This document shows, piece after piece, positions 24,030-35,838 of a DNA stretch of 54,732 nucleotides. The stretch's first letter is position 1. Every line of letters begins with the position of its first letter. The stretch is from Pseudovirgaria hyperparasitica (taxonomy: Eukaryota). A program made the translations under genes and the position numbers. The stretch lies in the NCBI GenBank assembly GCA_010093815.1, contig ML996565.1. One strand, given 5' to 3'. Under the pieces are notes generated by a model that saw only the letters and a list, made by a program, of their open reading frames with translations, made no database searches and was not told the origin of the DNA.

Positions 24030-27000
24030 TCAATCTCCATGCTCTTCTTCCTTAGACGCAACATCGATGTCATCATCATCCAATCCTTCCTCTCCATCAC
24101 TAGCGACGGCATCAACGACAGCTGTGTCCGTCTCTTCGCCCTCTTCTCGTTTGACTTGTATGACGTCTATCATCCTGCCACGAGCCGGTCGTACTTCGTC
24201 GGCAAGCACAACAGTCTCTATGCCTGCAGGTGTGCTTTCCTCTGGGCCCCACGGCAGAGCATCGATGTCAATCTCCCAATTCAACAAGCTCTTCAGTATG
24301 ACCTCAGCACCAGCTTTACTCATGACCTGGTTGGCTTCCTTGCATCGTTCGTCACAGCAGCACTCGAGACATCCGTCCAAGCAATGACACGCCGAGACGC
24401 GTTCACAAGCCTGCCGGAGCAAAAGGTCGATAAAGTCGAAGGCTTTGGTGCTAATACCCGATCCTGCTGCACCGCCTTTGGCATCGTAGAACGTAAGACG
24501 AGCAGGCCGCTTCCGCTGTGACTCACGCTTTGCAAACTCCTTCTGTGCATTCTTGCATTCGGTCCGTACGTCGCCTGGCATGGAGATGACGTAGTTTGGC
24601 ATGAGTGAGAGCACCGCATGCTCGGCAGCATGAATGGCGCCTGCAACATTCAAGCGACGATCTACCAAGATGTCGAGAGCTGATTTAGGTACGTCTAGCC
24701 ACATACCTTTGCTAAAGAGAATGATGGGAGGGTTATCAACTTCCACGGCGTCGAGGATACGTCGTTTCTTGTCAATCTTGAAGAAGCCAAACACCACTTG
24801 CTTTATCTTTATGGGGCCGTAGAACGCCCGAGATCGCGATTTCGGTATTTGTCGTATCGCCTCAGTCTCTACAGGATCGATGTCGGTGTAGTCACGCTGT
24901 TGCGTTGTCCAGTCTACTTTGACAAACTCTACCTTGGCCATCATACGCTCTTGCGAGAATTCCTTGATCAAGTAGGTGCGACCTTGATGGAGGAAGATAC
25001 CGCCGTCGTAGATGGTAAAGAAAGCTCGCGACGCTTCGAGTTCCTCGAGAACAGTATTCTTGCCATGCGTTGTGTCGATGATTGCAAAATGATCATCCTC
25101 CGTGTCGCGTATGGCGACAAACTTTGAAGGGAAAGGAAGGAAGCGAGAATTCGTATGATAGAAGCCAGCACAGTCCCGCCGCATGCGATCTTCTGCCAAC
25201 TCTAGGAGAAGTGAGCCGAAGTAGATCTGGTCGTCCTTGGGGTGTATCGGCATCTCGTGGGCTGCGCACTGGATGTGTCCTTCTAGCACCATGACATTCT
25301 CAAGGTCAACAGACAATTCACAATTCGGCTTTGTGAAGATCTCGTCAGGGTTTTGCATGTAATACTGGTCCGTTGGGAAGCAGTCCCCAAGAAGAACAGA
25401 CAACGAGTCTTTGTTTCGTCGACCAGCACGTCCACTCTGCTGTCGCAGATTTGCTATAGTATAGGGAAAACCGCAAGTTATGACTGCGTCAAGTGAGCCA
25501 ATATCCACGCCAAGTTCCAGGGCGCTTGTCGCTACGATCCCCAGAAGCTTGCCGTCGAACATCTCGCGTTCAATACGTCGTCGATCCTGTGGTGTGTATC
25601 CTCCTCGATAGCCCATAACTCTTGCCTTCACTTCTGGTCGTTCTAATCGATCAAGCTCATACTGAATTGCAGTAATCAGAACCTCACACATCTTCCGAAT
25701 ACGGCAGAATGATATGACGCGCACCCCACGCAGGATCAATTGACAAAAGAGCCTGGCAGCCTCGTCCACAGCACTACCCCTCCCAGAGGTCGGATCGCTC
25801 GGATCTTTGAATGGTGTGTTCCAGCATAGAAATTCTTTCCTGCCTGAAGGGGATCCGTCAAAATCTGTAAGCTTGATATTGTCAACACCGAAAATGGTTC
25901 TCATGTGTTGCTCAGGATTAGCAACCGTAGCCGAACACGAGATGAATTTGACATTTCTGTTTCCCACTGCCGCACAGATTCGTCTCAGTCGCCGCATTAT
26001 GAACGCGACATGTGATCCAAACAAGCCGTTATAAACATGTAGCTCATCCACGACGACGAACTTCAGATTTTGTAAGAAGGTTCGCCACGATTCTTCCTTA
26101 GGGAGGATTGTGATATGGAGCATGTCGGGATTCGTAAATATGATCCTAGCTTCATCCCTAATACGAGCGCGATCTGACATAGGTGTGTCGCCATCAAAAG
26201 TTTCCACGACTATGTCCTCGAGACCTTGCATGAAACGCAACATATCTTTTAGGCTGCGACGCTGGTCTTGCGCGAGAGCCTTTGTTGGGAAAATGTACAT
26301 TGCCCTCGTCAGTGGATCCTTCTCTAGTTCGTGCAAGACCGGTATCTGATAAATGAGGGATTTACCAGAACTCGTGGACGTTGATACAATGACATTATGG
26401 CCCTCATACAGATTATTGATGGCTTCAGCCTGATGTTGGTACAATTGAGTGATATTACGGGTGTTGAAAAGGGCATCTACCATGTTTTGGGAAAGTTGAA
26501 AGTTTAGGTCTCCATATACAGGTGGCTGTGGGTCGAAAATGCGATGCCCATCAGGGACGATTTGTTCAGTGTACCAGTCTTGAGACTTGATTTCTGCAAT
26601 AATCTCACGGATGGACTTCCGCTCTTTTGGTATGGTGCTTGGTATAAGAGACCGCGAAATTGCGCCGGGCGAGGAATGTCTACTTTCCGAGGGTCGGGGA
26701 ATGAACTTTTCTTTCTCGGAAAGAATGTGGGTTTCCGGGTCTCGCCCAGCCTCCTGACATAAGTTGAGATATTCATTGACAGCAGAAGTGAACTTCTTAT
26801 TACGCTTCTCAATCCAACTCATCATTTGCTTGTGACTGAATACAGGCATTTTTAGATCTTCTTGTCGCAGCTTCCGGATAGGATTTGTTGCCTCGCCTTT
26901 TGCATTTGCCACTTGTCGCTTCATGTCGCCATCGATGAACTCGAATAGCAGCACCTCTTTGCTTGTATCGCTAGCCTGCTCTGGCTCAGGCATCAGATAC

Positions 27001-27539
27001 TTATCCTTCGCCGCTTGCTCTCCTCCCATAAGATTGACCTGAAGCATCGCCTCATCTACATACGCAAGGCTCACTCCTCGAGGTATCAACCTTTGTATCT
27101 GTGCAATGTCTCCTATGAGCAGCTCTCGCTTGATGTGTCCTTCAACAGACCCCTTGATGTTCTCAAAAGTCGTGGAGATATGCTTTCTGGTTGAGCAGAA
27201 GGTCCAGACAAGATTTAGAGCTTTGTGAACTTGTTCCAGCTTCTTAAAATGCTCAGGCCATACTATGGAGGTTTCTACGAATGTCGAGGAACTCTTTCTC
27301 TTCAGGGTAGGCTTCGAGGTAGCATCTCCAGCTTTGCGCCGGCGTTGCGGTTTCGAGCCGCCATCGTGTGTTTTCGTGGGTACGATGCCAATCGTGACGG
27401 GTCCGCTATGTTCCTCGTGGGTCTCAATGGTGGGTACTTCTGCTGGAGAAGCAGTCTGTGCTACATCGGGGTGCGTATGCTTCCTCTTCCTCTTTCGCAC
27501 GATCTGGTTGGAAACGCTGGCTGCGGCAAGTTTGGTCAT
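24030..27539 (-). CDS. HRQ1: RecQ4-family DEAD/DEAH-box helicase Hrq1
   Basis: LYQHQAEAI, TSTSSGKS, PTKALAQDQ, VVDELH, CSAT, QSGRAGR, C-terminal DUF1998-type HAAEHA...CHCLDGCLECC. 1169-aa intronless ORF. Confidence 0.93.
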   Translation of the reverse strand: MTKLAAASVSNQIVRKRKRKHTHPDVAQTASPAEVPTIETHEEHSGPVTIGIVPTKTHDGGSKPQRRRKAGDATSKPTLKRKSSSTFVETSIVWPEHFKKLEQVHKALNLVWTFCSTRKHISTTFENIKGSVEGHIKRELLIGDIAQIQRLIPRGVSLAYVDEAMLQVNLMGGEQAAKDKYLMPEPEQASDTSKEVLLFEFIDGDMKRQVANAKGEATNPIRKLRQEDLKMPVFSHKQMMSWIEKRNKKFTSAVNEYLNLCQEAGRDPETHILSEKEKFIPRPSESRHSSPGAISRSLIPSTIPKERKSIREIIAEIKSQDWYTEQIVPDGHRIFDPQPPVYGDLNFQLSQNMVDALFNTRNITQLYQHQAEAINNLYEGHNVIVSTSTSSGKSLIYQIPVLHELEKDPLTRAMYIFPTKALAQDQRRSLKDMLRFMQGLEDIVVETFDGDTPMSDRARIRDEARIIFTNPDMLHITILPKEESWRTFLQNLKFVVVDELHVYNGLFGSHVAFIMRRLRRICAAVGNRNVKFISCSATVANPEQHMRTIFGVDNIKLTDFDGSPSGRKEFLCWNTPFKDPSDPTSGRGSAVDEAARLFCQLILRGVRVISFCRIRKMCEVLITAIQYELDRLERPEVKARVMGYRGGYTPQDRRRIEREMFDGKLLGIVATSALELGVDIGSLDAVITCGFPYTIANLRQQSGRAGRRNKDSLSVLLGDCFPTDQYYMQNPDEIFTKPNCELSVDLENVMVLEGHIQCAAHEMPIHPKDDQIYFGSLLLELAEDRMRRDCAGFYHTNSRFLPFPSKFVAIRDTEDDHFAIIDTTHGKNTVLEELEASRAFFTIYDGGIFLHQGRTYLIKEFSQERMMAKVEFVKVDWTTQQRDYTDIDPVETEAIRQIPKSRSRAFYGPIKIKQVVFGFFKIDKKRRILDAVEVDNPPIILFSKGMWLDVPKSALDILVDRRLNVAGAIHAAEHAVLSLMPNYVISMPGDVRTECKNAQKEFAKRESQRKRPARLTFYDAKGGAAGSGISTKAFDFIDLLLRQACERVSACHCLDGCLECCCDERCKEANQVMSKAGAEVILKSLLNWEIDIDALPWGPEESTPAGIETVVLADEVRPARGRMIDVIQVKREEGEETDTAVVDAVASDGEEGLDDDDIDVASKEEEHGD

Positions 27540-27705
27540 AGTGGAGGTTTGTTCACGGCGGGCGCCGATCGGAGTGCACTCTCAATCAGGTATCGCCATA
27601 ATTATGGCTATGATGAGTCTCAAAACACGGAACTTGTCTGATTAGTGGACATGAATACTCAAGGAGTGGTCGTCTTTGAGCGATGCGTGCCTAAGGCCAA
27701 AGCTA

Positions 27706-27745
27706 TGACGTAAACGAATTCGCGAAAACCTCGCGCAATCACGTA
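27706..27745. promoter_or_regulatory. Putative SCB/MCB-like (CGCGAAA) and CRE-like (TGACGTA) sites in the HRQ1-TDP1 bidirectional promoter
   Basis: tgacgtaaacgaattcgcgaaaacctcgcgcaatcacgta lies between the two divergent starts. Motif match only. Confidence 0.4.
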
Positions 27746-27973
27746 CCTAGTGGCTGTAAGTATATTCAGTCACGGTCCTACGGTAGCTATCAGCACATCC
27801 CCGCTTCCAACCTTGAAACCTCCAGATCGATTGCCATCTTAACTCCACCACGTATTGAGCTCAAGAACGATGCAATAGACCATTGTGACTGGATCTGACG
27901 GCCACCGTTAGGAGATGTAGCACCTGTGGATACTTGCACTAGAACAGTCCAAGATGCGCATGAGACAAGGTCG

Positions 27974-29831
27974 ATGGAAGACACGCGCGCCCCCAAACGG
28001 GTCCGCATGGATCCCGCAAAGCTGATAGAAACGATTCCTTCGAGAGAACGAGACATTAGCCCTCCATTAAGATCACGCAAAAGTCCAGCTGTTCGAGAGC
28101 GTGAACCTGTATCGTTGGACAAGTGTCCATCAGCAGCCATCTCTTCGCCATTTCGATTAACAAGAATCGCGGATTTATCTGATGACGCGAACCTAGACGC
28201 TATCGGGCTGGGTGATATACTTGGTGACCCCTTGATTAAAGAATGTTGGAACTTCAATTACACCTTCAACGTTGACTTTGTGATGTGAGTATTGGTGATT
28301 GTCGTTTGTACATTTCTTCTAGAGCCTCTTTATACTGACAGTAGTTAGGCATCACTTGGACGAAGATGTGAGGCACAGCGTAGAGATGAAGATTATACAT
28401 GGCTCATGGCGTCGGGATGATCCTCAACGAGTCGCTCTGGAAGTAAGATATTACTCTGTTAGTCGATGCTGTTCAGCATCACTAATAGTGATCTAGGACG
28501 CGGCTCGACACTGGCCTAACGTGCAATTGATCACGGCCTATATGCCAGAGATGTTCGGAACACACCATTCAAAGATGATGGTTCTGATCCGACACGATGA
28601 TACAGCACAGGTCTTGATTCATACCGCTAACATGATCTTTCGCGACTGGAGTAATATGACGCAGGCAGTGTGGCTCTCACCCCTATTACCTCTTCTAACA
28701 TTGGAGCGTCCTCAGGCAGCATCGCAGCAGTCTCCAGCTGTTGGAAGCGGAGAAAAGTTCAAGAATGATCTGCTAAGATACGTATCTGCCTATAAATCTG
28801 GCCCACCACGCAGAGTGCCGCTACTGGGAAGACTTAGTTCGCAACTCGAAGCATATGATTTTTCTGCAATACGAGCTGCTTTCATCTGCAGTACTCCCGG
28901 CAAGCACAGTCCTGATGCCTCGTTCGGATGGTGCGGTCTGCGCAGCATCCTCAAGAATATTGATTGTACATCTATTTCACCATCGGCCAAACCCAACCTC
29001 GTAATCCAAGTTTCTTCGATAGCCTCACTTGGCTCCACCAATGTCTGGCTCAGGAACTTGATTTCATACTTCTCTACTGATAAACGTACAGGCTTAGAAA
29101 GAAGCCTTCGAATGCTGCGAACTCAGATCGTCTTCCCGACAGCGCAAGAGATACGAGATTCTCTTGATGGCTACATCTCTGGGAATGCTATACATACCAA
29201 GCTTGCCACGGCAACACACGAAGCCCAGCTGACCTATCTTCGTCCTTTCCTACACCATTGGAGCCCTGTAAATCCCCATTCACGAGAGGGTGATTCCCAT
29301 AGGCGCAACTCTATGAGAGACGCCGCGGCCCCACATATCAAGACATATATCAGGTTCACCGATGCTGAGCAGAGGTACATTGACTGGGCCATGCTTACAT
29401 CTGCAAATCTGAGTACACAGGCTTGGGGTACAGACATCAAGGATGGACTCGTCAGGGTATGCAGCTATGAGACTGGCGTAGTAGTTTGGCCTGCGCTATG
29501 GGACGGACCAGAAGGGAAGGCAAGGATGATTGGTTGCTGGGGCAAGGACTTGCCTAGCGATGAGAATGATACCCCCTTAGCCTTGGATATGAGCGAGGCG
29601 TACGATCCAGATGCGACGACTGACGAAGATGTCACAGAGGACGAAGAGGAAGAACGCGAAAGATTGGACAGGGGCCGAGGGAGGACTGTCCGTGAGACGA
29701 AAAGGGGTCCGCTTGTAGGGCTTCGCATCCCATATAGCATGCCGTTACAAAAGTATGCACAGGACGAGATTCCTTGGATCGCATCAAGAACCCACACTAA
29801 ACCAGACAGACATGGGCGAACCTGTATTTAA
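27974..29831 (+). CDS. TDP1: Tyrosyl-DNA phosphodiesterase 1, multi-exon
   Basis: Two HKN motifs (FGTHHSKMM...HTAN; PHIKTY...TSANLS..AWG), WNFNYTFNVDF, QVSSIASLG, SYETGV. Confidence 0.93.
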
Positions 29832-30294
29832 CGAAATATGTATCATAGCCCGTGCAGATAGAATGATTACACGCCAACTCTGGTAACGAGATATGTCCCG
29901 ATTCGCAGTAATAAGCCATTAAGTCTTGCAGTGTCCTCGCAGATATGATCTGTTTGATCCACCGCCGTAGCACGACTAGGCGCAGCATGTACATACACAT
30001 TGCAAGAAAAACAGTTGCATTAGTTGATCTAATTACGATGACTCAATACTATCCGGATCCCTAGGGATTTCATTCGGCTTATGATTAGCCCGAAACAGTA
30101 GCAAGTGTATGATGCCCATTGGCTGGTAGTTTTCAGATGCCGACGCCGAGGTCGGCCAAAAGTCTTGCTTGTCTCGCCTAGCATGGATATACATGCAACA
30201 GACATTCGATGACTCCATTTGCGGAACACAAACCAGTCGAAACCACCAAAAGATCAATCGAGTGCCGTTCTGTGTGCTCAGAGTGCCGAACAAG

Positions 30295-31833
30295 ATGAGT
30301 CTCACAGCTCAGAGGCATCTCACCATTGTCATCAAACTCGGTATATTCTTACCTGTACAGACGAAAAGTTCCTGGTCTATTGGACACCACTAACACACCG
30401 CAGGCACATCCTCCATAGTCGACGAGAAGACCCACGAACCACTCCTCTCTACTCTCAGCGTCATCGCCGAAACAGCGGCGAAGCTTCAGCGAGATGGCCA
30501 CAAAGTCATCATCGTGTCATCCGGTGCGATTGGTGTTGCGCTCCGGCTGATGAACCTCGAACGACGGCCGAAACATCTCCCACAAGTCCAGGCGTTGGCA
30601 GCAATTGGACAATGCAAGTTGATGACCATGTGGGATCAACTCTTCGCACACCTCCGCCAGCCCGTCGCCCAGATTCTCCTGACCCGCAACGACATTGCCG
30701 ACCGCACGCAATACCTCAATGCACAAAACACCTTCCACGAACTCCTACACATGGGCGTCATCCCCATCGTGAACGAGAACGACACCCTAGCCGTGTCCGA
30801 AATCAAGTTCGGCGACAACGACACCCTCTCCGCCATCACCGCCGGCATGGTCTCAGCCGACTACCTCTTCCTCATGACGGACGTCGACTGCCTCTACGAC
30901 AAAAACCCGCGCACACACCCCGACGCACGCGCAATCGAGGTCGTCAAAGACATCGCCGAGCTCTCCGCCGACGTCTCCTCGTCCGGCAGCTCCCTCGGCA
31001 CAGGCGGCATGAGCACCAAGATCGTCGCCGCACGCCTCGCCACCTCCGCCGGCGTCACCACAATCATCACCAAATCCTCCAAGCCCGGCAACATCACCAA
31101 CATCGTCAAATACATCGAGGCCCGGAAAAGCCTCCCTGTCCCCATCTCGCGCGCCGCATCCTCGTCCGCGCTCTCCGGCTTGTCCGCCGACGAAGTCTCC
31201 CACAAGGCCGCCGCAACGGCGCTCGACGGCGTCGCGCTGCGCGATTCGACGGCGGCAGAAAACGACATTCCCCGCGCGCCGCTACATACGCGCTTCTTGC
31301 CGCAAGCGCAGCCGATGCGTGACCGGTACTTCTGGCTGCTGCATGGGCTGACGCCGCACGGAACGCTGTATATCGACGAGGGCGCCTACAAGGCGCTTTC
31401 AGAAAAAGCAGGACTCCTGCCCGTCGGCGTAGTCGATGTCGAGGGGCATTTCAGCCAGCAGGAAGCCGTGCGGCTCGTCGTTGTGCAGCGCGTTATGCCG
31501 ACTTCCCCACGGCGCGGTCCTGTGCATAGCGCGCTTGGTGGCGTGTCAGGAGGACATGCTGCGTACGAGCATGAGAATCCGGCGCCGCGTGAGGTGGGCA
31601 GGGCACTTGTGAACTATGCGAGTAGTGAGATTAAGCTGATTCAGGGTCTGCGGAGTAGGGAGATACGGAATGTGCTGGGGTATGCGGATAGTGAGTATGT
31701 GTGTTTGAGGGAGAATATTGCGTTTACGGACGTGGCGAGGAGCACGCCGGCGAGTCCACCGTTGGATGGACGGAGGAGTGTGGATTTGAATGGGAGTGTG
31801 GAGTTGGACAGAGGTCTGGCGAGTCTGTCTTAG
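30295..31833 (+). CDS. PRO1: Glutamate 5-kinase with PUA domain
   Basis: IVIKLG|TSS across intron ~30341-30403, VSSGAI, IPIVNENDT, FGDNDTLSA, GTGGMSTK, PUA-like GLLPVGV...GRALVNY. Confidence 0.95.
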
Positions 31834-32054
31834 GGGAGGAAAGGAGGCGAATGGTGTTGTTTGGGCGTTGAGCAGAGCTTCAATGTGTTCGATTTCACAT
31901 TCCTTAGATTGACCTGATCGATCTGACGCTTGCAGAGCACGGCTGTCGTGTTGTACAGTCCGTGGACTCTGGGGTCAGACTGTGTCTTCCGTATTGCCAT
32001 ATAGGTACATTGCGTGCAGCATCCAGTAGTACACCTCCGATGAAGTCTCTACAC

Positions 32055-32820
32055 TTACCACCACCGCACCCCAAAGATCCTCCCACTGCCCTTCCCCCCG
32101 CCCTTCTGCTCTTCTCTCTCCAAGTATATTCTCTCCCCACCCCTGACATCCACCCACAGGAACCTCCATTCAAAATCGCCCTTCCCGCCCCTTCTGACCA
32201 GATGCGCATGGACTCTGCCAATCCCCTTCTCGCCCTCAGCATTGAAATCCATATACATGTGCTCCACACCAAACTTGTCCGTCTCCAGTCTGTGCGCGAT
32301 CGGCCTGTTTCGCGTCCACTTATTACTCTGCGGCTCGCCGTAAAACGTCAGGGAGGAGGCCGGCCCGAGAAGCGACGTGACGTCTGCGTGGGCACGGAGT
32401 TTGCTGACGGCGTAGTTGAAGTATGTAGTATACGAGTGTGGCGAGAAGACGTCGAGGAAGAGGAACGTTGCGACCGCGCCCTGGCAACAATTATCAGTAT
32501 ATTTTCCCTTTGCTTTCTCTACCATTCTTCTTTTCTTTTCCGACACAGTCTTTGTCTCGCGCGCGCAGAGAGGGACTTACAGTCATGAGAACCCCGACAA
32601 CGACCACGGCTAGATTGAATGTTTGCTGTGTTGTCCGCGCGGCTTTCTCGCGCGTGGAGAGATCGCCCCAGTTGATGCGGCCATCGTCGTTGACGATAGT
32701 GACGGCTTTACGGGTTGAGGTTGCGTAGCTGCGGAGCGTGGGTTGTGCAGCTCTTATGAGGGTGGAGGATGGACGGAGGAGGGACTTGTTGCGGAGGATC
32801 AATCTGCTGGTGGAGAGCAT
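32055..32820 (-). CDS. TIM21: Mitochondrial import inner membrane translocase subunit Tim21, 2 exons
   Basis: Presequence-like N-terminus, DDGRINWGDLSTREKAARTTQQTFN, single TM helix, DVFSPHS, YGEPQSNKWTRNRPIA, GVEHMYMDFNAEG. Confidence 0.85.
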
Positions 32821-33100
32821 TGTGGATGTGTGAAAGCCATGGGATACGGCTTGGATGGATGTGTAGGTTCGATGTTTTGAAGCTTGCAGGGCTTGAAGCT
32901 TGTCGCTGGCTCGTGTGTCGCTCGTGGCGGGGGAGGGAAGGAAGCTCGGGCTGCTTTTGCGTGGCTTGGGGGGGAGTAGGGCCCGAGGTGTGGCGCCACG
33001 TTCACGCTGCATGAAAGGTCGATCTCGATAGTTGCCAGACTCTTCTTCTCTAGGTGCTACATACCTTTATCATTCAAGAAACACACACTCTCTGCCCACC

Positions 33101-34549
33101 ATGGGTGAAGCTTCGAAATCGGCACAGAGGTTCGCTCAGGAACTATCGTTATTAGCTGTCGCGGTATGCGGTCCACCTATCCTGGCATATGTTGATATAT
33201 ATGTACTGACCACAACGCCAGCTCGGAGGAAGCTATTTTCTATTCAAATACCTGTTAGGACACATCGCGAACCCTGATGCAGATCTCCGGAAAGATATAC
33301 AGCAGAAAACAAAATCAGCATCACAGAAACTCGAAGGTCTATACGCAAGAACAAAGGCCTCAAGGGCGCTGATGAATGGCCTGGATGAAGACAACTCTGA
33401 GTCAGAAGAGGAGCTGGATACAAAGTTGGATCTCTCAAACCTCACCGAATACGAACTCAAGATCGCCGACGATGTTGTTGCATCAGACGACATACCTGTC
33501 AGTTTCGAAGGTTGCGGACCATCTCTTGGACCACCGACCAGCATGTTAACCGTGAACCAGATATCGGCGGACTTGAAGATATAATAGAAGAGCTGAAGGA
33601 GTCTGTCATATATCCTCTCACAATGCCACACCTCTACGCGTCATCCTCATCACTCCTCTCCGCACCATCCGGTGTGCTTCTATACGGCCCCCCTGGCTGC
33701 GGGAAGACCATGCTTGCAAAGGCACTCGCACACGAGAGCGGAGCTTGCTTCATAAACCTCCACATATCGACCGTTACGGAGAAGTGGTATGGAGACTCGA
33801 ATAAGCTGGTCAACGCTGTGTTCTCCCTTGCGCGGAAACTCCAGCCGGCCATTGTGTTCATCGACGAGATAGACGCGGTCCTGGGCCAGAGACGGAGTGG
33901 CGAACACGAGGCTAGCGGTATGGTCAAAGCAGAGTCAGTCAAACGCTATCATAGTCGTCATATCAGACAGTACTAAAAAACACTCTCTAGGTTCATGACC
34001 CAATGGGACGGTCTAACCTCCGCCAATTCCCACGGTACCCCCCAGCGAATCTGCGTGCTCGGCGCAACAAACCGCATAAATGACATAGACGAAGCCATTC
34101 TCCGTCGCATGCCCAAGAAATTCGCCGTCCCGCTCCCAAGCACACACCAGCGCCGCGGAATCCTAAAGCTCATCTTGAACGACACAAAGATTGACAAGGA
34201 CCACTTCGACCTCGACTACGTCGTCCGTGTCACAGCTGGGATGAGCGGCTCAGACCTCAAAGACGCGTGCAGGGACGCCGTCATGACGCCGGTGCGCGAG
34301 TATATACGACAGAAGAAGGCAGAGGGTAGTCTCAGAGCCGGTGTGGACGCACGACAGGTGCGCGGAATCCGAACATCTGATTTCTTCAGCACGAAAGGGA
34401 ATATTCATCAAATGCGAGAGTCGCAGACGACTGCCCTCGTGAACGATTTAGAGGAGGACGAAGAAGACGAGCGACGAGTCGAGAGCGAGTTGGACACCTC
34501 GAGTGAGCGGTCTCGAGACGACTACCATGAGACGGTGAATGCTTCATAG
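33101..34549 (+). CDS. MSP1: Outer-membrane AAA+ ATPase Msp1/ATAD1, multi-exon
   Basis: [86 protein letters not shown]. Confidence 0.92.
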
Positions 34550-35300
34550 CCAGCCGCTTCATCATCGTTTCCTCCAACCGCACGATTTTTTTCATTGGAA
34601 ACCTTCCACTAAACGCGGTGTTTTGGGGCATTCGTTTGGCGCTGTTGTGGGGTGTATATAAGCATTTGGGCCCCCATCCATATAGATTGTACACACTACA
34701 CTTACCCTTTACTGGACATAGGAACGTTGGGTTACATACATGCAATATAGTCCCCGATCCTCGATCGCGCTCTGCTTTGCTTACACCTGATGTTGATTTT
34801 GTAAGAAGTGGACGGTTTTATCACTAGGGCTATGGCAGCTGGGACGATATGATAGAGGGTGCCCAGGTCTCGACCGTCGGAGATAATAGGATGCTTCGAC
34901 TTAAGTATCCGGCCACGCTGTATCAGGCAATTTCGTCATTTCACAGCTCATACTATGCTCATTGTCGATATCGATGGTGAGCTAGCCTCTGAGACTCGAG
35001 CTCTAGTCGACATTTTATCTCCCTGTATAATTGTAGTGTAGAATGAGAAAACGTAGGATCCTGATAGATGCCTGGACTCGACGCACTCGTCTGTTCACCA
35101 CGTATCAAAGACGCGTTCCGTCCAAGCATCTACTGTCCTCATTCAATAGCTTCCCACATACCCTTCTAGCCTAATCACTCCTCCCGTTCCTGCACCTAAT
35201 TAGTCCCTGACATTCCTAGGAGTTCGGACGAATCCTCAATCTTCAGTCAAATAGTATAGTCGACCACCACGAATCTTTATTATAGAAAGGGAAGGAAGGA

Positions 35301-35474
35301 GTGTCGACATAGCACAGCAAATTACCAACCGTGTCCGTTTTTGTATATGTCTGAGGTGAGACTTTCTTCATACGTGTTGCTATATTGGTGACGGACCCGG
35401 GACAAAGCATGCGTATTGGTCGGAGCGTTGGGTATATGCGTACTGGAAAACCGTAGGACTGTGCTATGTGATAT
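35301..35474 (+). ncRNA. Candidate structured non-coding RNA element (unassigned family)
   Basis: Perfect 11-bp outer stem 35307-35317/35459-35469, extended by G-U pairs. Inner stems 35329-35338/35391-35400 and 35409-35416/35434-35441. No credible ORF. Confidence 0.35.
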
Positions 35475-35838
35475 AGGAAGTCACTCTGACTAACTACTAA
35501 GCATTGATGGGGAAAAAGGTTGGTGGTGTTTGTTGTTTGGGGGGGTTAGATTGAATGATGGAGTGTCAATATTAAAGCTTTGCGTAGTTTAGGGTGGAGC
35601 GTAGGGCTGTTGAATTCGATGCAGGGGCATTTAAGGGGATGACCTGTCTATATAAGCTTTTGTTATATTTTTGGTTTTGGTTGAGTTCTAGGGGTTGCGT
35701 GACTCCTCTTTTGGATTTCTTGGAAATGCTACTGAGATATCTTCATGCATCAAAACTACACATCAAAAACACAATATCAAAAAACCCCCATCCTTATCCA
35801 ACCTCACACCTCTAGCTCTCCACCCCAAGCGTAACCCC

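Noticed and set aside
30219..31322. 367-aa Arg/His/Pro-rich ORF overlapping PRO1
   Set aside because: Alternate-frame shadow caused by C-ending codon bias in the glutamate 5-kinase gene
34550..35800. Telomerase RNA hypothesis for the structured element
   Set aside because: No TAACCCTAA-type template found and the interval is short for a filamentous-fungal TER
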